Virus record (IMG/VR): IMGVR_UViG_3300033075_001508
Coordinates: 31,914 to 95,913 of that record
Strand: one strand, 5' to 3'
Length of the DNA: 64,000 nt
Origin: a virus
Taxonomy: Duplodnaviria; Caudoviricetes
The translations under genes were made by a program, and so were the position numbers. Within the stretch, counting starts at the first letter, position 1, and every line of letters begins with the position of its first letter. Below, in pieces: positions 38,041-47,692 of the stretch. Below the pieces are notes generated by a model. That model had not been told where the DNA came from. It searched no databases and was given only the letters and a program-made list of their open reading frames with translations.

Positions 38041-38177
38041 TTATCCAGTCTGTTCTGTAAATAGAAAAAGGTCACACAATGAGGGCGTACGCCCCTGCTG
38101 TGAGGGGTGAACGATGAACCCTTATTGAGTAACCTTGTGCTTTCCGTTTCAGTTTATACGGCACTGAGAGCCATCTG

Positions 38178-39008
38178 TTACGCCGCGTTCAAGTCGTCAA
38201 TGAACTCAACGAAGTCGACCTTGTACTCGCCAGATTCCGTGAGCAAGTTTCCTTCGTCGTCAACCAGTTCGCCCTTCTCGTTGATGAGCCGCCCCTTCTC
38301 GTCCACTCGACGGCCCTTGGCGTCAACCAAGTCCTTCGTCTTGGGGTCGATGAGATGGAGGTCACCCTCGCGAGCGAAACCGTACTTGAGCAGAAACTTG
38401 TTCTCTGGGAGGCCGGCCTCGAAGTTGTCGTCCAAACCGTAGAGCAACTGCCCTAACGTTTGTGCCGCCTTTTGGGCAGCCGGTTCGACGGCTCGATTGA
38501 CGTAGTCTTCGACGCTCTTGAAAAACGGCTTGCCACCATCTGTATACACCGTGCAGGAGGATACGTAGTAGTTAAACCGTGCCTGTTCTGCTTGAGCCTC
38601 GGCCGTATTGATGTCGAGAGAATTGCGGTCGATGAGAAGTTGGCGAAGCTCAAATCGGTCACGGCGCATTTGCACCGCAAGCTCCCTAGCTTCAGACAAC
38701 TTGATGCCGCCCTTGGCGAGCTTCTTCTCTGTTTGCAGGAGAGACTCGTTCAGGCTGTCCCACTTGGCCTGCTTGGCGTCATCCCACAATCCCTGCTTGC
38801 GCAAGACATTCTCAAGGGCCGGCCGGGTAATGGCGTTAGGTTCGCCCGTATCCGGATTGGGCCTTACCAGACGACAGAACTCGCCGCTGTAGACGATTTG
38901 TCCCTGCTGTTGTGTCTTCAGGTCGGGTCGCTTGACGGCCAATTCGATATCTTTGCCGTCGACCTCTACTTTGAACACACGCTTGTTGTCAAACTTGACT
39001 TCAGACAC
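38178..39008 (-). CDS. Putative tail assembly chaperone
   Basis: Immediately upstream of the tape measure; C-terminal D/NxxG hairpin repeats. Confidence 0.5.
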   Translation of the reverse strand: MSEVKFDNKRVFKVEVDGKDIELAVKRPDLKTQQQGQIVYSGEFCRLVRPNPDTGEPNAITRPALENVLRKQGLWDDAKQAKWDSLNESLLQTEKKLAKGGIKLSEARELAVQMRRDRFELRQLLIDRNSLDINTAEAQAEQARFNYYVSSCTVYTDGGKPFFKSVEDYVNRAVEPAAQKAAQTLGQLLYGLDDNFEAGLPENKFLLKYGFAREGDLHLIDPKTKDLVDAKGRRVDEKGRLINEKGELVDDEGNLLTESGEYKVDFVEFIDDLNAA

Positions 39009-39055
39009 TGAACTACTTCCTCCTTTGTTGTTCCTTACCGATTAACTGATAATAC

Positions 39056-39430
39056 TCACTTAGAGTTTGGGTCGACCGGTTTTAGAACGGTTTGATAGCC
39101 ATGCCACCAACACTCGTATTGTTGAAGCTCTTGCTGGATGGCACGAATCTGATTGTTTCCGTTGTTCAACACCTCTGTGCGAGCTTCGACCCAGAGGTCT
39201 CGCCACGCCAACTCATTCTCCGTCAATTCGGACTCGTCTTTACCGTGTCCCCAAAGACTGCCAAACAACGCCTCAAATCGAGCCAACGCGCCAATAAAAG
39301 ACGTAGTCAACTTCTTCTCCAGAATCTTCTGGAGCCGACGCCGACTTCCATCTCCATATCTGCGGGCTTGTCCCTCTTGAGACAGTTTGTTCTGCTGCGA
39401 AGCCGCAGCGAATTGGTCTCTCCCGTTCAT
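39056..39430 (-). CDS. Hypothetical protein (tail module)
   Basis: 124-aa helical ORF within the operon. Confidence 0.65.
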   Translation of the reverse strand: MNGRDQFAAASQQNKLSQEGQARRYGDGSRRRLQKILEKKLTTSFIGALARFEALFGSLWGHGKDESELTENELAWRDLWVEARTEVLNNGNNQIRAIQQELQQYECWWHGYQTVLKPVDPNSK

Positions 39431-39433
39431 TCA

Positions 39434-40525
39434 CTATCCTTTCTTGCCGCTTTGTACCGTATCCATGAACTGACTGTGCGTCTGAGCCCGAAGGTTTTGC
39501 TTCGTATCAGGCATATCGCTTTCGCTGACAGTTCCCTTCTTTTTCAAGTGTTCAAACCGTCGCTTCTTTATGCTCTTTGCGTGTGGGTCGTTGAGGTTAT
39601 CCACCTTTTCGGCGTCCTTGATGGTTTCCGCCACCAAGAAGACCTCCGACGAATTGCGAATCTTCTCGTTCCCAATAAGGTCCTCGGCCGACACCTTATT
39701 GACACGCTTCTCCTGCTCACGGCGTTGCTCAATCAGCCAACCGTCGAGGGCGTCGTTGTCTTCAATGATGTCATCAGCTGGACGCTCTGGGTGTTCGTAG
39801 ACCGAATCGTAAAGCAGCGACCAGCCGATGAGGCCCCGTTGCTCTTCCGTATAATCCACGGACGGGACGCCAAACAAAGATGGTTCCGATTTTCTAGTCG
39901 ACCAAATGGAGCGCCACGGGTCTGTCCTGGCGATTTCCCGAAACGCGTCCTCTCCAATTCGCTCCTTGGACCAGGCCTTCATTGCGTGGTCGAGCAATTC
40001 GCAAGATTCTTCCCAAAACTCGTCGTGATTGAAAACGGGTGCCCCGTTCGTCCAATAAAGCGAACACCCCATTAGGTAGCGAGACCTGGCCATGCCCGCC
40101 ACTCCTGCGCAAGAGAGGTGGTCCCACTTGTGGCGCTCTTCAAGGGTCCGATAGAGTGCGGACCTTGCGGCGTCCAAGTAAAGGCGAATGGTCTTTTTCT
40201 CCTCCGACCGAAAGGTGGCTCGGAAGAGCTTGATTTTCCATTCTTCGATATCTTTGGGGAGAGTGGTGAGAAGTTTCTGCTTGCTCGCGTCCCAATTGCC
40301 TTCTTCGTACATCCACTCCAGAAGTGCTTCTTCGGTGAATGCGCCTTGAAGTTCGGCCTCTCGCATTTGCTCAAGGTAGATTTCTTGAGCGATGTAGACT
40401 TGTTCGCGAGTTGGGCGTTTAAGCAGGAGAGTCGTCGGCCTGGCTTTTCCTGGTAAGTGTACGTGAAGGCGCACAATGCCAGCGCAGACGCGAGCTACGA
40501 TTAGCTCTTTTGTTCCGCCATCCAT
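39434..40525 (-). CDS. Hypothetical protein, possible tail chaperone
   Basis: 363-aa helical ORF directly after the tube gene. Confidence 0.6.
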   Translation of the reverse strand: MDGGTKELIVARVCAGIVRLHVHLPGKARPTTLLLKRPTREQVYIAQEIYLEQMREAELQGAFTEEALLEWMYEEGNWDASKQKLLTTLPKDIEEWKIKLFRATFRSEEKKTIRLYLDAARSALYRTLEERHKWDHLSCAGVAGMARSRYLMGCSLYWTNGAPVFNHDEFWEESCELLDHAMKAWSKERIGEDAFREIARTDPWRSIWSTRKSEPSLFGVPSVDYTEEQRGLIGWSLLYDSVYEHPERPADDIIEDNDALDGWLIEQRREQEKRVNKVSAEDLIGNEKIRNSSEVFLVAETIKDAEKVDNLNDPHAKSIKKRRFEHLKKKGTVSESDMPDTKQNLRAQTHSQFMDTVQSGKKG

Positions 40526-40538
40526 CCCTTAGAATCCT

Positions 40539-40572
40539 AACAAATGGGGACCGAACATGTCCGGCCCCCATT
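40539..40572 (-). terminator. Terminator-like hairpin after the tail tube gene
   Basis: Minus strand AATGGGGGCCGGA-CATG-TTCGGTCCCCATT followed by TGTT. Confidence 0.7.
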
Positions 40573-40587
40573 CGATATTACCCACTA

Positions 40588-41622
40588 TTACGGACGCAAC
40601 GCTGTGGTTGGGTCCTTCGGGTGGTAAACGGACAGGTCGTTGAAGTTACGATAGCTGTAGGTGCAGCTTGCGTTTCCACCGTTCTGTCCAGCGTTCGCAC
40701 CACCGTAGGTGACCTGCTGGAGACGGTTGCGGGTGCCCAGGTCGAGTTCCAGACCTTCGTGCATCATGATGTAGATTTTGCGGTCGGAGAGGTTCGACTC
40801 GGCGTCTTCGAGAGCGGTGACGTCATCGCCGTACTCGCTCGCCATAACCTCGATGTCGCACTGGACCTCGATAGGGAACGTGACGAAGCGGTGGAACGGA
40901 CCACGCCGGCCAAGCTCGAACAACTGCTCACGGCCGAGGTTGCACGACACGCGAACGGATTGAACGTGAGCGCCGAATCCGTCGTTGCCTTGTTCGTTGG
41001 TGCCGCTGCTCGTGATGCCGGGGATGTCGATGGGCAATAGCGTCTTGCTTGGGTTTGTCGTGTCGGACGCACCAAACAGGATATCTTGACGTTGCTGTGT
41101 TCCACCGGAGCCAGAGATAGCTTGCGGGCTGTCGTTGTTGTCGAAGGCGCTGGCGGTAAAGGTGTTATCCCAGACCTTGTTGTTGCCGACCGCTGTAACG
41201 GACTCAGTAGCGTTGCCCTGAACTTGAATGTTGTAGGACACGTTGCTGATGTACATGCCGGACATCGTGCATTGCGACAGCGGGGTACCGGACGCGGAGT
41301 CCTGCACGTCGCTGTAAATGCTCAGGCCGATGGTCGACTTGACATTGGAACGACCAGTCAACGAAGCGGTTGCTGCGCCGTTGGTTGCCAAAAGGTAAAT
41401 GGGCGGATAACCGTCAAGTACCTTTTCGAGCGTGACCTCGACGTCGGGGATGGCCTCGATGTTCTCGTAAATCGCAAGTTGGCCAATCTCGAACACCTGT
41501 TCCAGGTTGAACCGAGTATTGATGCCAACGGATTGAAGGCCGTGAATGCTTGTGAAGGTATTTTCGCCGCACTTGGAAACTCCAACCTGCTGGACGGCAT
41601 AAAATACGCGCTTATTGGCCAT
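40588..41622 (-). CDS. Major tail tube protein
   Basis: Beta-rich 344 aa with strong codon bias, own promoter motif, CAACAGGAG RBS and downstream hairpin. Two EQxFExG hairpin motifs. Located between the neck genes and the tape measure. Confidence 0.8.
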   Translation of the reverse strand: MANKRVFYAVQQVGVSKCGENTFTSIHGLQSVGINTRFNLEQVFEIGQLAIYENIEAIPDVEVTLEKVLDGYPPIYLLATNGAATASLTGRSNVKSTIGLSIYSDVQDSASGTPLSQCTMSGMYISNVSYNIQVQGNATESVTAVGNNKVWDNTFTASAFDNNDSPQAISGSGGTQQRQDILFGASDTTNPSKTLLPIDIPGITSSGTNEQGNDGFGAHVQSVRVSCNLGREQLFELGRRGPFHRFVTFPIEVQCDIEVMASEYGDDVTALEDAESNLSDRKIYIMMHEGLELDLGTRNRLQQVTYGGANAGQNGGNASCTYSYRNFNDLSVYHPKDPTTALRP

Positions 41623-41666
41623 TTAGTTTCTCTCCTGTTGATTGAACCTTGTGTGGTCAACAGGAG

Positions 41667-41674
41667 ATACACCG
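41667..41674 (-). promoter_or_regulatory. CGGTGTAT candidate late promoter
   Basis: 45 nt upstream of the tube start, preceded by an A-tract on the - strand. Confidence 0.65.
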
Positions 41675-41702
41675 GGATTTGACCAACCCGTTTTTTTTGG
41701 TT

Positions 41703-42653
41703 TTACGGCAAATCTATTTCGAATGTGCCTCTAACTGTCGCCATATAAAGAGGAACGGTGGCTTGAAAGGGCTGGGGGGTGCCGATAGCATCCACAAAGG
41801 ACACGCGCTTCCACTCGTACTCCTGGACCAACTCTGGGTACATCAGCCCGCTCTGAGCAGGAGAGCCATCGATGTCGAGCCCGTATCTTTGGTCCTTCAA
41901 AACATCATTCTTCTCAAACGCAACGATACGTTTATCCTGCTGATAGGTGATGGCGTCGTGCAGCTTACCAAGGTCGTAGGGCGTCTCGGAGATGATGTGG
42001 AACAAGACATCCTGACGAACCACATGACGCAGGTTTCCCACCTCGGCCCCATACCGTCTCGCGTTCGGAACGGCCTGGACTATAACGTGAGGTAGAGCGA
42101 CACGATTTTCAGCCAGTACGCCCCACGCGCCCGAACCCGCCTGAAGGAAGGTGGACTGGTCTACTCGGTAGGTGTCAATTTGGAATTGTTTCCACCAACC
42201 AACACTCGCCTGGGAGAACGCGTGTGTCCGATAAGAGAACTCGCAGGTTACGGCCGCGCCGGTGCTGATGGGGCTGTCGAAAATGATTTGGCCGTGCTTG
42301 TAGTCGATGGTATGCGCGTACGTGCCCACGCCCGTGACGGGCTGGAACGACCCGTTCACAAAGACGCCGGACACGCGGATGGGCTGACGACTATATTCAA
42401 CCCCTGTCTCCCACACCCAATCGCCACGAAAACCTTCCCAGACCTGACCGTTCGTGTAACTGGGGTCGGCGACCGGACGCAAACGATGGAAGTGTCCACC
42501 GTAAAGTCCGGACGACGGAATGGTTACGTTCCAGAAGGCTCCCTTGCCCAGAAGGCCCCACTGGAAAAACGCGCAGATATTCGATTCAAGTTGGTCAGAC
42601 AACAGGCTGTCGCCTATATTGTCGAACCCTTTTAGAGACGTATGGTCAGCCAT
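41703..42653 (-). CDS. Putative tail terminator/neck protein
   Basis: Position immediately before the tube gene. Confidence 0.55.
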   Translation of the reverse strand: MADHTSLKGFDNIGDSLLSDQLESNICAFFQWGLLGKGAFWNVTIPSSGLYGGHFHRLRPVADPSYTNGQVWEGFRGDWVWETGVEYSRQPIRVSGVFVNGSFQPVTGVGTYAHTIDYKHGQIIFDSPISTGAAVTCEFSYRTHAFSQASVGWWKQFQIDTYRVDQSTFLQAGSGAWGVLAENRVALPHVIVQAVPNARRYGAEVGNLRHVVRQDVLFHIISETPYDLGKLHDAITYQQDKRIVAFEKNDVLKDQRYGLDIDGSPAQSGLMYPELVQEYEWKRVSFVDAIGTPQPFQATVPLYMATVRGTFEIDLP

Positions 42654-43300
42654 TACCTAAGAGCCCTCAACACTTCTTCCTGTACCGCAATCCTTACCAA
42701 GGGACTTGCCGCATCTAACGCCCGTGTAAGCCAGTTGTCGTTGACGGTACCAGAATACGCAGATGGCACTTTGAAGTTTCCGCCCTTAAACATAAGGCCA
42801 AGGCCGGTACGAGACGTCCGGTACGCCCCTCTTGCGAAATGAAACTCGTCCACAACGATTGCGTCACCATCCACGAGCAACCATTTCAGCCACGGAATCT
42901 CGATTCCGCTTTTTTCGGACACGAACCTTGCCTCGGGAATGGTCAAGACGTCGGACATGTCTTGTCGAAGGATTCCAATTTTGATTCCTCCAGACACTCC
43001 CTCTCCCATAACCGAAAAGGGAACAAAGACAAGCGAGATGTTGTTTTGGAGGGCCGTAATAACCGCCTTGACGGCCGACTCCGGGTCTTGCACGCCCAAC
43101 TCGCCATGAAGCCCGGCACCCGTCAGAGCGGCCGTTTCTGCGGATTGCAACACGGCATCCGAGATTATTTTCTGGAGTCGACTCTTGAGTCGGGGCTCTG
43201 CCTTCGGAACATTTCTATTCAAATGGTCCACCAACCCCTGCAAGATTGCTTGCTTCGCTTGGGGCTGGTCGATGATGATAGAAATATCAAAGCGGGCCAT
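42653..43300 (-). CDS. Putative tail completion/neck protein
   Basis: Position; IPWL.WLL..G...GT..DNWLTRAL resembles HK97 gp10-like C-termini. Confidence 0.5.
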   Translation of the reverse strand: MARFDISIIIDQPQAKQAILQGLVDHLNRNVPKAEPRLKSRLQKIISDAVLQSAETAALTGAGLHGELGVQDPESAVKAVITALQNNISLVFVPFSVMGEGVSGGIKIGILRQDMSDVLTIPEARFVSEKSGIEIPWLKWLLVDGDAIVVDEFHFARGAYRTSRTGLGLMFKGGNFKVPSAYSGTVNDNWLTRALDAASPLVRIAVQEEVLRALR

Positions 43301-43301
43301 T

Positions 43302-43832
43302 TTACCCTACTCTCTCCCAGAGGCAAACGAAGTATCTGTCTTGAATGATGTTGGACACGTCGTTTGGCTCGCCCGCCAACTTGTATCGCCGTGGACCCAG
43401 GCCGGCAAGAGTCTTCTGGTAAAGAAGGTAGTCGCACTTCTCCACCTTGGGCCAGTCCTTGATGAAGCCCTTGGTTTGCAGGAGAGCATCCGGCTGACGA
43501 TTGCCAAGCAACAACCCGGGAACTGGAACCGTGAATTTCTTCGGATTCAGTTCGCACAGCAATTCCACATCTTCCGTGGTCTCTGTCGCAATTCGTCCAC
43601 GTCCGTTGCAGTATGGGCAAATCGACCCATCCGCGAATTCAATCGGACCTCCCGCTCGATAGCGGTTGCTCGACTTCTCGCTCATCGGGTCATACAAACA
43701 GTTCGGACAAGACTCGTATCGGCTGGGCGGGTAAACCAGCGTACAAGTCTTGCCAAGTTCTGTAATGAGGTCGTCCAACCCATCCTGGATGATGGCCTTG
43801 ACCTCATCGTCAATACTAAAAAGTTGCCCCAT
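43302..43832 (-). CDS. Putative head closure protein with Zn motif
   Basis: Position after the adaptor; CPNC...CPYCNGRG. Confidence 0.55.
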   Translation of the reverse strand: MGQLFSIDDEVKAIIQDGLDDLITELGKTCTLVYPPSRYESCPNCLYDPMSEKSSNRYRAGGPIEFADGSICPYCNGRGRIATETTEDVELLCELNPKKFTVPVPGLLLGNRQPDALLQTKGFIKDWPKVEKCDYLLYQKTLAGLGPRRYKLAGEPNDVSNIIQDRYFVCLWERVG

Positions 43833-43835
43833 TCA

Positions 43836-44027
43836 TTACTCCCAGGTGCCGCTGGGGCCGTTCTTGTAACGGTTGTCCAAAACGGTGGTCATCGTCAGGC
43901 TGTCGATGTTGGTGAAAGACTGAGCCCGGTCGTTGTAATTTTGCGTGCCTTCACCATTGCAGACGGTCACGCCGCCATTAACAACAGGATTGGCCGAGAC
44001 TGCTTTCGAGTAGATTGCCATGAACAC
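43836..44027 (-). CDS. Small hypothetical virion protein
   Basis: AGGAG RBS; fills the operon gap. Confidence 0.55.
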   Translation of the reverse strand: MFMAIYSKAVSANPVVNGGVTVCNGEGTQNYNDRAQSFTNIDSLTMTTVLDNRYKNGPSGTWE

Positions 44028-44036
44028 TTCTCCTGC

Positions 44037-44552
44037 TTATGTTGGACTTCGGTCGGCGTCGAAGACGTAAACCGCTCGTCCGTCGCTGGACGCCCAGGTT
44101 CTGAATGGAGTCATGACCGCTGCGCCAGCAATAGGGGTCTGACCCATTTGGTATTCGAGCTTCGCCTTCTCGTAGGCGGCTCTCCAACCCTTTTCCAAGA
44201 GCTTGAGCCAACCAGCAAGCGGACCTCGCAAGTCAATGGCCGAAGACCCGTCCCGAACCGAAATCGCCCGCCTTGCCGCAAGAATGGCGGCTCCGTGGTC
44301 AGCGATGGAAGCAGCTTTCAAACACACCAAGTTGATGAACGACTCGTCTTTGGTAGCTTCCAAGGTAGGGTCAGGTGAAATGGTCTCGTCTGAAATACTC
44401 ACCGTATAAGTCTGGGTGAACGAACACTCCATTTTCACCTGAAAGGCAGCAACCAGAATTAGCTCGGTCAGGCTTGCGTCAGTATAAACGGTGCTAGACG
44501 GGTCGTTCACCATGACCCGTACGATAGTCACCATGTCGTCGTCCCATGCCAT
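44037..44552 (-). CDS. Putative head-tail adaptor
   Basis: VR..VND....YTD..L pattern typical of adaptor N-termini; position. Confidence 0.6.
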   Translation of the reverse strand: MAWDDDMVTIVRVMVNDPSSTVYTDASLTELILVAAFQVKMECSFTQTYTVSISDETISPDPTLEATKDESFINLVCLKAASIADHGAAILAARRAISVRDGSSAIDLRGPLAGWLKLLEKGWRAAYEKAKLEYQMGQTPIAGAAVMTPFRTWASSDGRAVYVFDADRSPT

Positions 44553-44869
44553 TAGAGGTTAGCCTTTACTTTGAATTTGACCACTTCGGAGTACCATTCG
44601 GCGGAACCGATGCTAACAAACACTTGGGCTCTCCAGGTTCCAGCATCGTCGTTGTCCATATCGCCGGCTTGCGTCAGATACTGAATAATGCCGTCCGTAC
44701 CATCCGTGTAGAGGGAGGCCGTTTTTGTCAGCTTGGTGCCATCCGGCTTCTGGAGTATCACCTGGAGCGCATCAGCCGAAGACAGGTCAACGGTCGCGCC
44801 ATCGAGGTCCTTGACGGTGAATCTTAATGCTGTCCCGATGTTCTCTGTTTGTATGACAATATCTGCCAT
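44552..44869 (-). CDS. BppU-N-like Ig-fold virion protein
   Basis: VDLS....V...KPDG...G.I.Y....GD....GTW.AQV pattern. Confidence 0.65.
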   Translation of the reverse strand: MADIVIQTENIGTALRFTVKDLDGATVDLSSADALQVILQKPDGTKLTKTASLYTDGTDGIIQYLTQAGDMDNDDAGTWRAQVFVSIGSAEWYSEVVKFKVKANL

Positions 44870-44872
44870 TAT

Positions 44873-46195
44873 TTACCCGATTACGACAGTATGGCTCGGT
44901 GTTGTTCCCACCTTTACCGCCTTCAATACCACTTGACCCACCTCCACACCGAAGAGCGCAGCGAGCGCCAACTCGACTTCAAAATGAGCAATCGACTTCG
45001 GGTCACGAACGACGACATTTACGTCAAGACCCCCGACATTTGCAACAAATGTAAGAGGTGCGGCCAAACTAAACACAGCGTTCGCCGCGAACTGGGTAGT
45101 TACTCGATGAGAAAGTGGGTTGATGACAAGCCCACGACTCGCCATGGTCTCGCCCTGCACCCCAAGGTCAACCGATAGGTCTGTAGCTACTCCCCTGGTC
45201 GCGATTCCACCGCTCGTCACGCCAATAGGCAACAACAAACCGGATGCGACCCGACGATACCCGACAATGCCAGCAGTGACGTAAATCGGGAGGCTTACTA
45301 CCACTCCGCTATGTCTTAATACACCGCTATTGGCGCTCACCCCGACGCTTAATGGTATAGCCAAGGCTGTCGAGGCAACCTTTCCTGCTAACGCCGCGAG
45401 AGACATTGTTAGGTAGCAGTCCGCCTCCCCTACCAAAAGTCGGCCATTTTCTGTGCTGGCTGTAAGCAGGAGAATCGCATTTCCGGACATGTTTCCGGAC
45501 GCAACGCGACCCGCTCGTGCCGCTGTTGCCAACGAGTGGGTCATTGCCAATGATGTAGACCGTACGCCGACCGCACCAGCGTTGGTGTTTAGAGCGACCA
45601 CAGGCGACCATGTCGCGGGCTGAATTCGGTAAGCACCGGAACTGTATACTAGAGCTAATGCCGTGGCAAACGCGGTCTGTCTGGTCCTTACGGACTGGAA
45701 CGACGACGCGTCAATTGCTAACACAACTCCCGCTTGTCCGCCAGCAACCTTTTGAGGGTTGCCGCTAACAACTATCGAAATTGTTGGGGTCGCATCAGCT
45801 AGAAGTATCTTGCTCGCAGAATATGTGTTCGTAAGAACCAGCGAGTGCGAGGATTCTACGAGACTTGTTCGTAAAGCGGAAGCGGCCGGGTCGATTGCGA
45901 ATACTAAAGCTGAGTTGACAGAAGACGCTTTGCTTGTAGCGCACGAATCAGTCAACGCGACAGATAGACCTGCGTCTACAAACGAAGCCTTCCTGCAAAC
46001 CTGAGTGGTTGCTACCACGATGGAGCCGGTAGCAGCTACAGACCGTACCGCTCTCGCTTCGCTCGCGTCAGATATGACTATCGAAAGTATAGCACCTCCT
46101 TGATGGACAATGCCGCTTGGAGCGGACGCCCCAAAAACAGAAGGGCGTCTTCTCCGTAGCGGTTTTTTGTACCACGTCCTACGAAAGACGCCCAT
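44873..46195 (-). CDS. Ala/Ser/Val-rich putative fibre protein
   Basis: 440 aa of low-complexity beta repeats with a basic N-terminus. Confidence 0.6.
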   Translation of the reverse strand: MGVFRRTWYKKPLRRRRPSVFGASAPSGIVHQGGAILSIVISDASEARAVRSVAATGSIVVATTQVCRKASFVDAGLSVALTDSCATSKASSVNSALVFAIDPAASALRTSLVESSHSLVLTNTYSASKILLADATPTISIVVSGNPQKVAGGQAGVVLAIDASSFQSVRTRQTAFATALALVYSSGAYRIQPATWSPVVALNTNAGAVGVRSTSLAMTHSLATAARAGRVASGNMSGNAILLLTASTENGRLLVGEADCYLTMSLAALAGKVASTALAIPLSVGVSANSGVLRHSGVVVSLPIYVTAGIVGYRRVASGLLLPIGVTSGGIATRGVATDLSVDLGVQGETMASRGLVINPLSHRVTTQFAANAVFSLAAPLTFVANVGGLDVNVVVRDPKSIAHFEVELALAALFGVEVGQVVLKAVKVGTTPSHTVVIG

Positions 46196-46198
46196 ACT

Positions 46199-46672
46199 TT
46201 ATAGCTCCTCAAACACGAGCGTGCCGCTCAAAGTAATTGCGTCCGCCGGCGCGGTTATCGAGACGACACACGCCTCGGCGGGTAGAAATAAAATTCTTTG
46301 TTCGGGTGGCGGAAGGTACTGGTACCCCGCCTGCACGTTCCATGCCTCGACGCGAATAGTTGTTAACGCGCCAGTGCCTGCTGACGCTTGTGTTGTGTTG
46401 TTTGTTTCTGCTGTCGGACCTGCCGACGCGTCATTTGTCAGATGTTTGGCGGGTGTCGCTGTTGACCCACCAGAGCCGGAAGTGTAGGAGCCAGTCGCTC
46501 TTTTTATCAAAACCTGCAAGCCTTCCGCCGCTGCGTCTCCGTAGTCAGACGATTGAGCGATGACGACTTCATGTAAGACGAACGGTTTTCCTGCCGACGC
46601 TAACACTTCAAATACGTCGACTGCTGCACTCACCGAGACAGCCGAAAAAGACACACTGTAAAACCTACCCAT
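46199..46672 (-). CDS. Putative virion accessory protein
   Basis: 157-aa beta-rich ORF in the head-neck block. Confidence 0.6.
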   Translation of the reverse strand: MGRFYSVSFSAVSVSAAVDVFEVLASAGKPFVLHEVVIAQSSDYGDAAAEGLQVLIKRATGSYTSGSGGSTATPAKHLTNDASAGPTAETNNTTQASAGTGALTTIRVEAWNVQAGYQYLPPPEQRILFLPAEACVVSITAPADAITLSGTLVFEEL

Positions 46673-46681
46673 TTTGCTATG

Positions 46682-47236
46682 TTACATCCTTAAAAGATTG
46701 GATACGCGAGTTGATTTGCGGCGGTGGACCATGCCGCCAGCGGCGACGGTGTAGTAAATAGTCACGCGCACGAAATCCACCCACGCCTGACCCGCTGAAC
46801 TGTCATACTTCCATTTAATTTCAACCATCACGCCGTCAATCGTCGCGCCGGTCGTCACGGAAAAGCCGAGATTAGTTACGTCTAGCTTGTCCGTGTTATT
46901 CGAGAACGTCTGCATCCTGATGCGGACGCCAAAGGTGCTACTGTTGACAATGCTTGCGGTCAGCGTGGCTCCCCAAAGACTGCTTGCTCCTCCATAGGTT
47001 CGATAGGCGAAAGATGAGCCTAACGCGCTGTTAATCGCCTGATTGGTGCCGATAAGCGACCCGCTACTTAATAACTGAATTGTTTGGTCGCGGTAGGCGT
47101 CTCCAAAATTGCCAGTAGTATTCGCATAGGTGCCGTTGTCGCTGCCTAAGTGCGAGGCGTCCACGTTAGCCCAACTAATCACACCGTCTAGTGCTGTGGT
47201 GAAAGTTCCGCCAGCATTAGGCCCCTGACTCGCCAC
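46682..47236 (-). CDS. Putative virion accessory protein
   Basis: YGG.S.LWG.T.T....N...FG motif; S/T/G-rich. Confidence 0.6.
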   Translation of the reverse strand: MASQGPNAGGTFTTALDGVISWANVDASHLGSDNGTYANTTGNFGDAYRDQTIQLLSSGSLIGTNQAINSALGSSFAYRTYGGASSLWGATLTASIVNSSTFGVRIRMQTFSNNTDKLDVTNLGFSVTTGATIDGVMVEIKWKYDSSAGQAWVDFVRVTIYYTVAAGGMVHRRKSTRVSNLLRM

Positions 47237-47246
47237 GCCTTACCTC

Positions 47247-47678
47247 TTAGCTAATCGCCGCTATTAAGCTATTCAGCTGCGTCCTCAATCCAGCTGTTGC
47301 CGCTGTACTAAACGTCTTGGTTGACACGCCAGACGTCGCAAACGTCACCCAACCAGTCGTACTGACATTAGCAATCAACCAGTCGCGTACTGCGGCAATC
47401 GCATTTGTCATTGCCGTGAACTCGGTCGCCGCGTTGTAGGTGTTATCGTTTTCCTGCGATTGTGCGTAAGCAGAGATTCCAGGAATGGCGGCAATTGCAA
47501 GAAAACGCGCACGGTCTGAAATCAGCCGTTCGTGTAGAGCAATAGCGAGATTGCCACTAATAGGTCCAGCTTCCGTTGCTGCTTTTACGTCCTGGCAATA
47601 CGACTTTAAGTCGTTCGCCAATCTCTTAGCTTCGGTATACCCGTCAGACTGGACTTGGTTTGATGCTCGAAAAGCCAT
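47247..47678 (-). CDS. Hypothetical protein
   Basis: 143-aa ORF in the operon. Confidence 0.6.
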   Translation of the reverse strand: MAFRASNQVQSDGYTEAKRLANDLKSYCQDVKAATEAGPISGNLAIALHERLISDRARFLAIAAIPGISAYAQSQENDNTYNAATEFTAMTNAIAAVRDWLIANVSTTGWVTFATSGVSTKTFSTAATAGLRTQLNSLIAAIS

Positions 47679-47692
47679 TATTTAACACCCTC

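Noticed and set aside
38178-40525. Programmed frameshift in tail chaperone genes
   Set aside because: The three ORFs each have their own start and do not overlap; no convincing slippery site was identified.
41673-41698. + strand CGGG...CCCG hairpin with a T8 tract
   Set aside because: The stem is short and no + strand gene lies upstream; more likely the A-tract of the tube promoter on the - strand.
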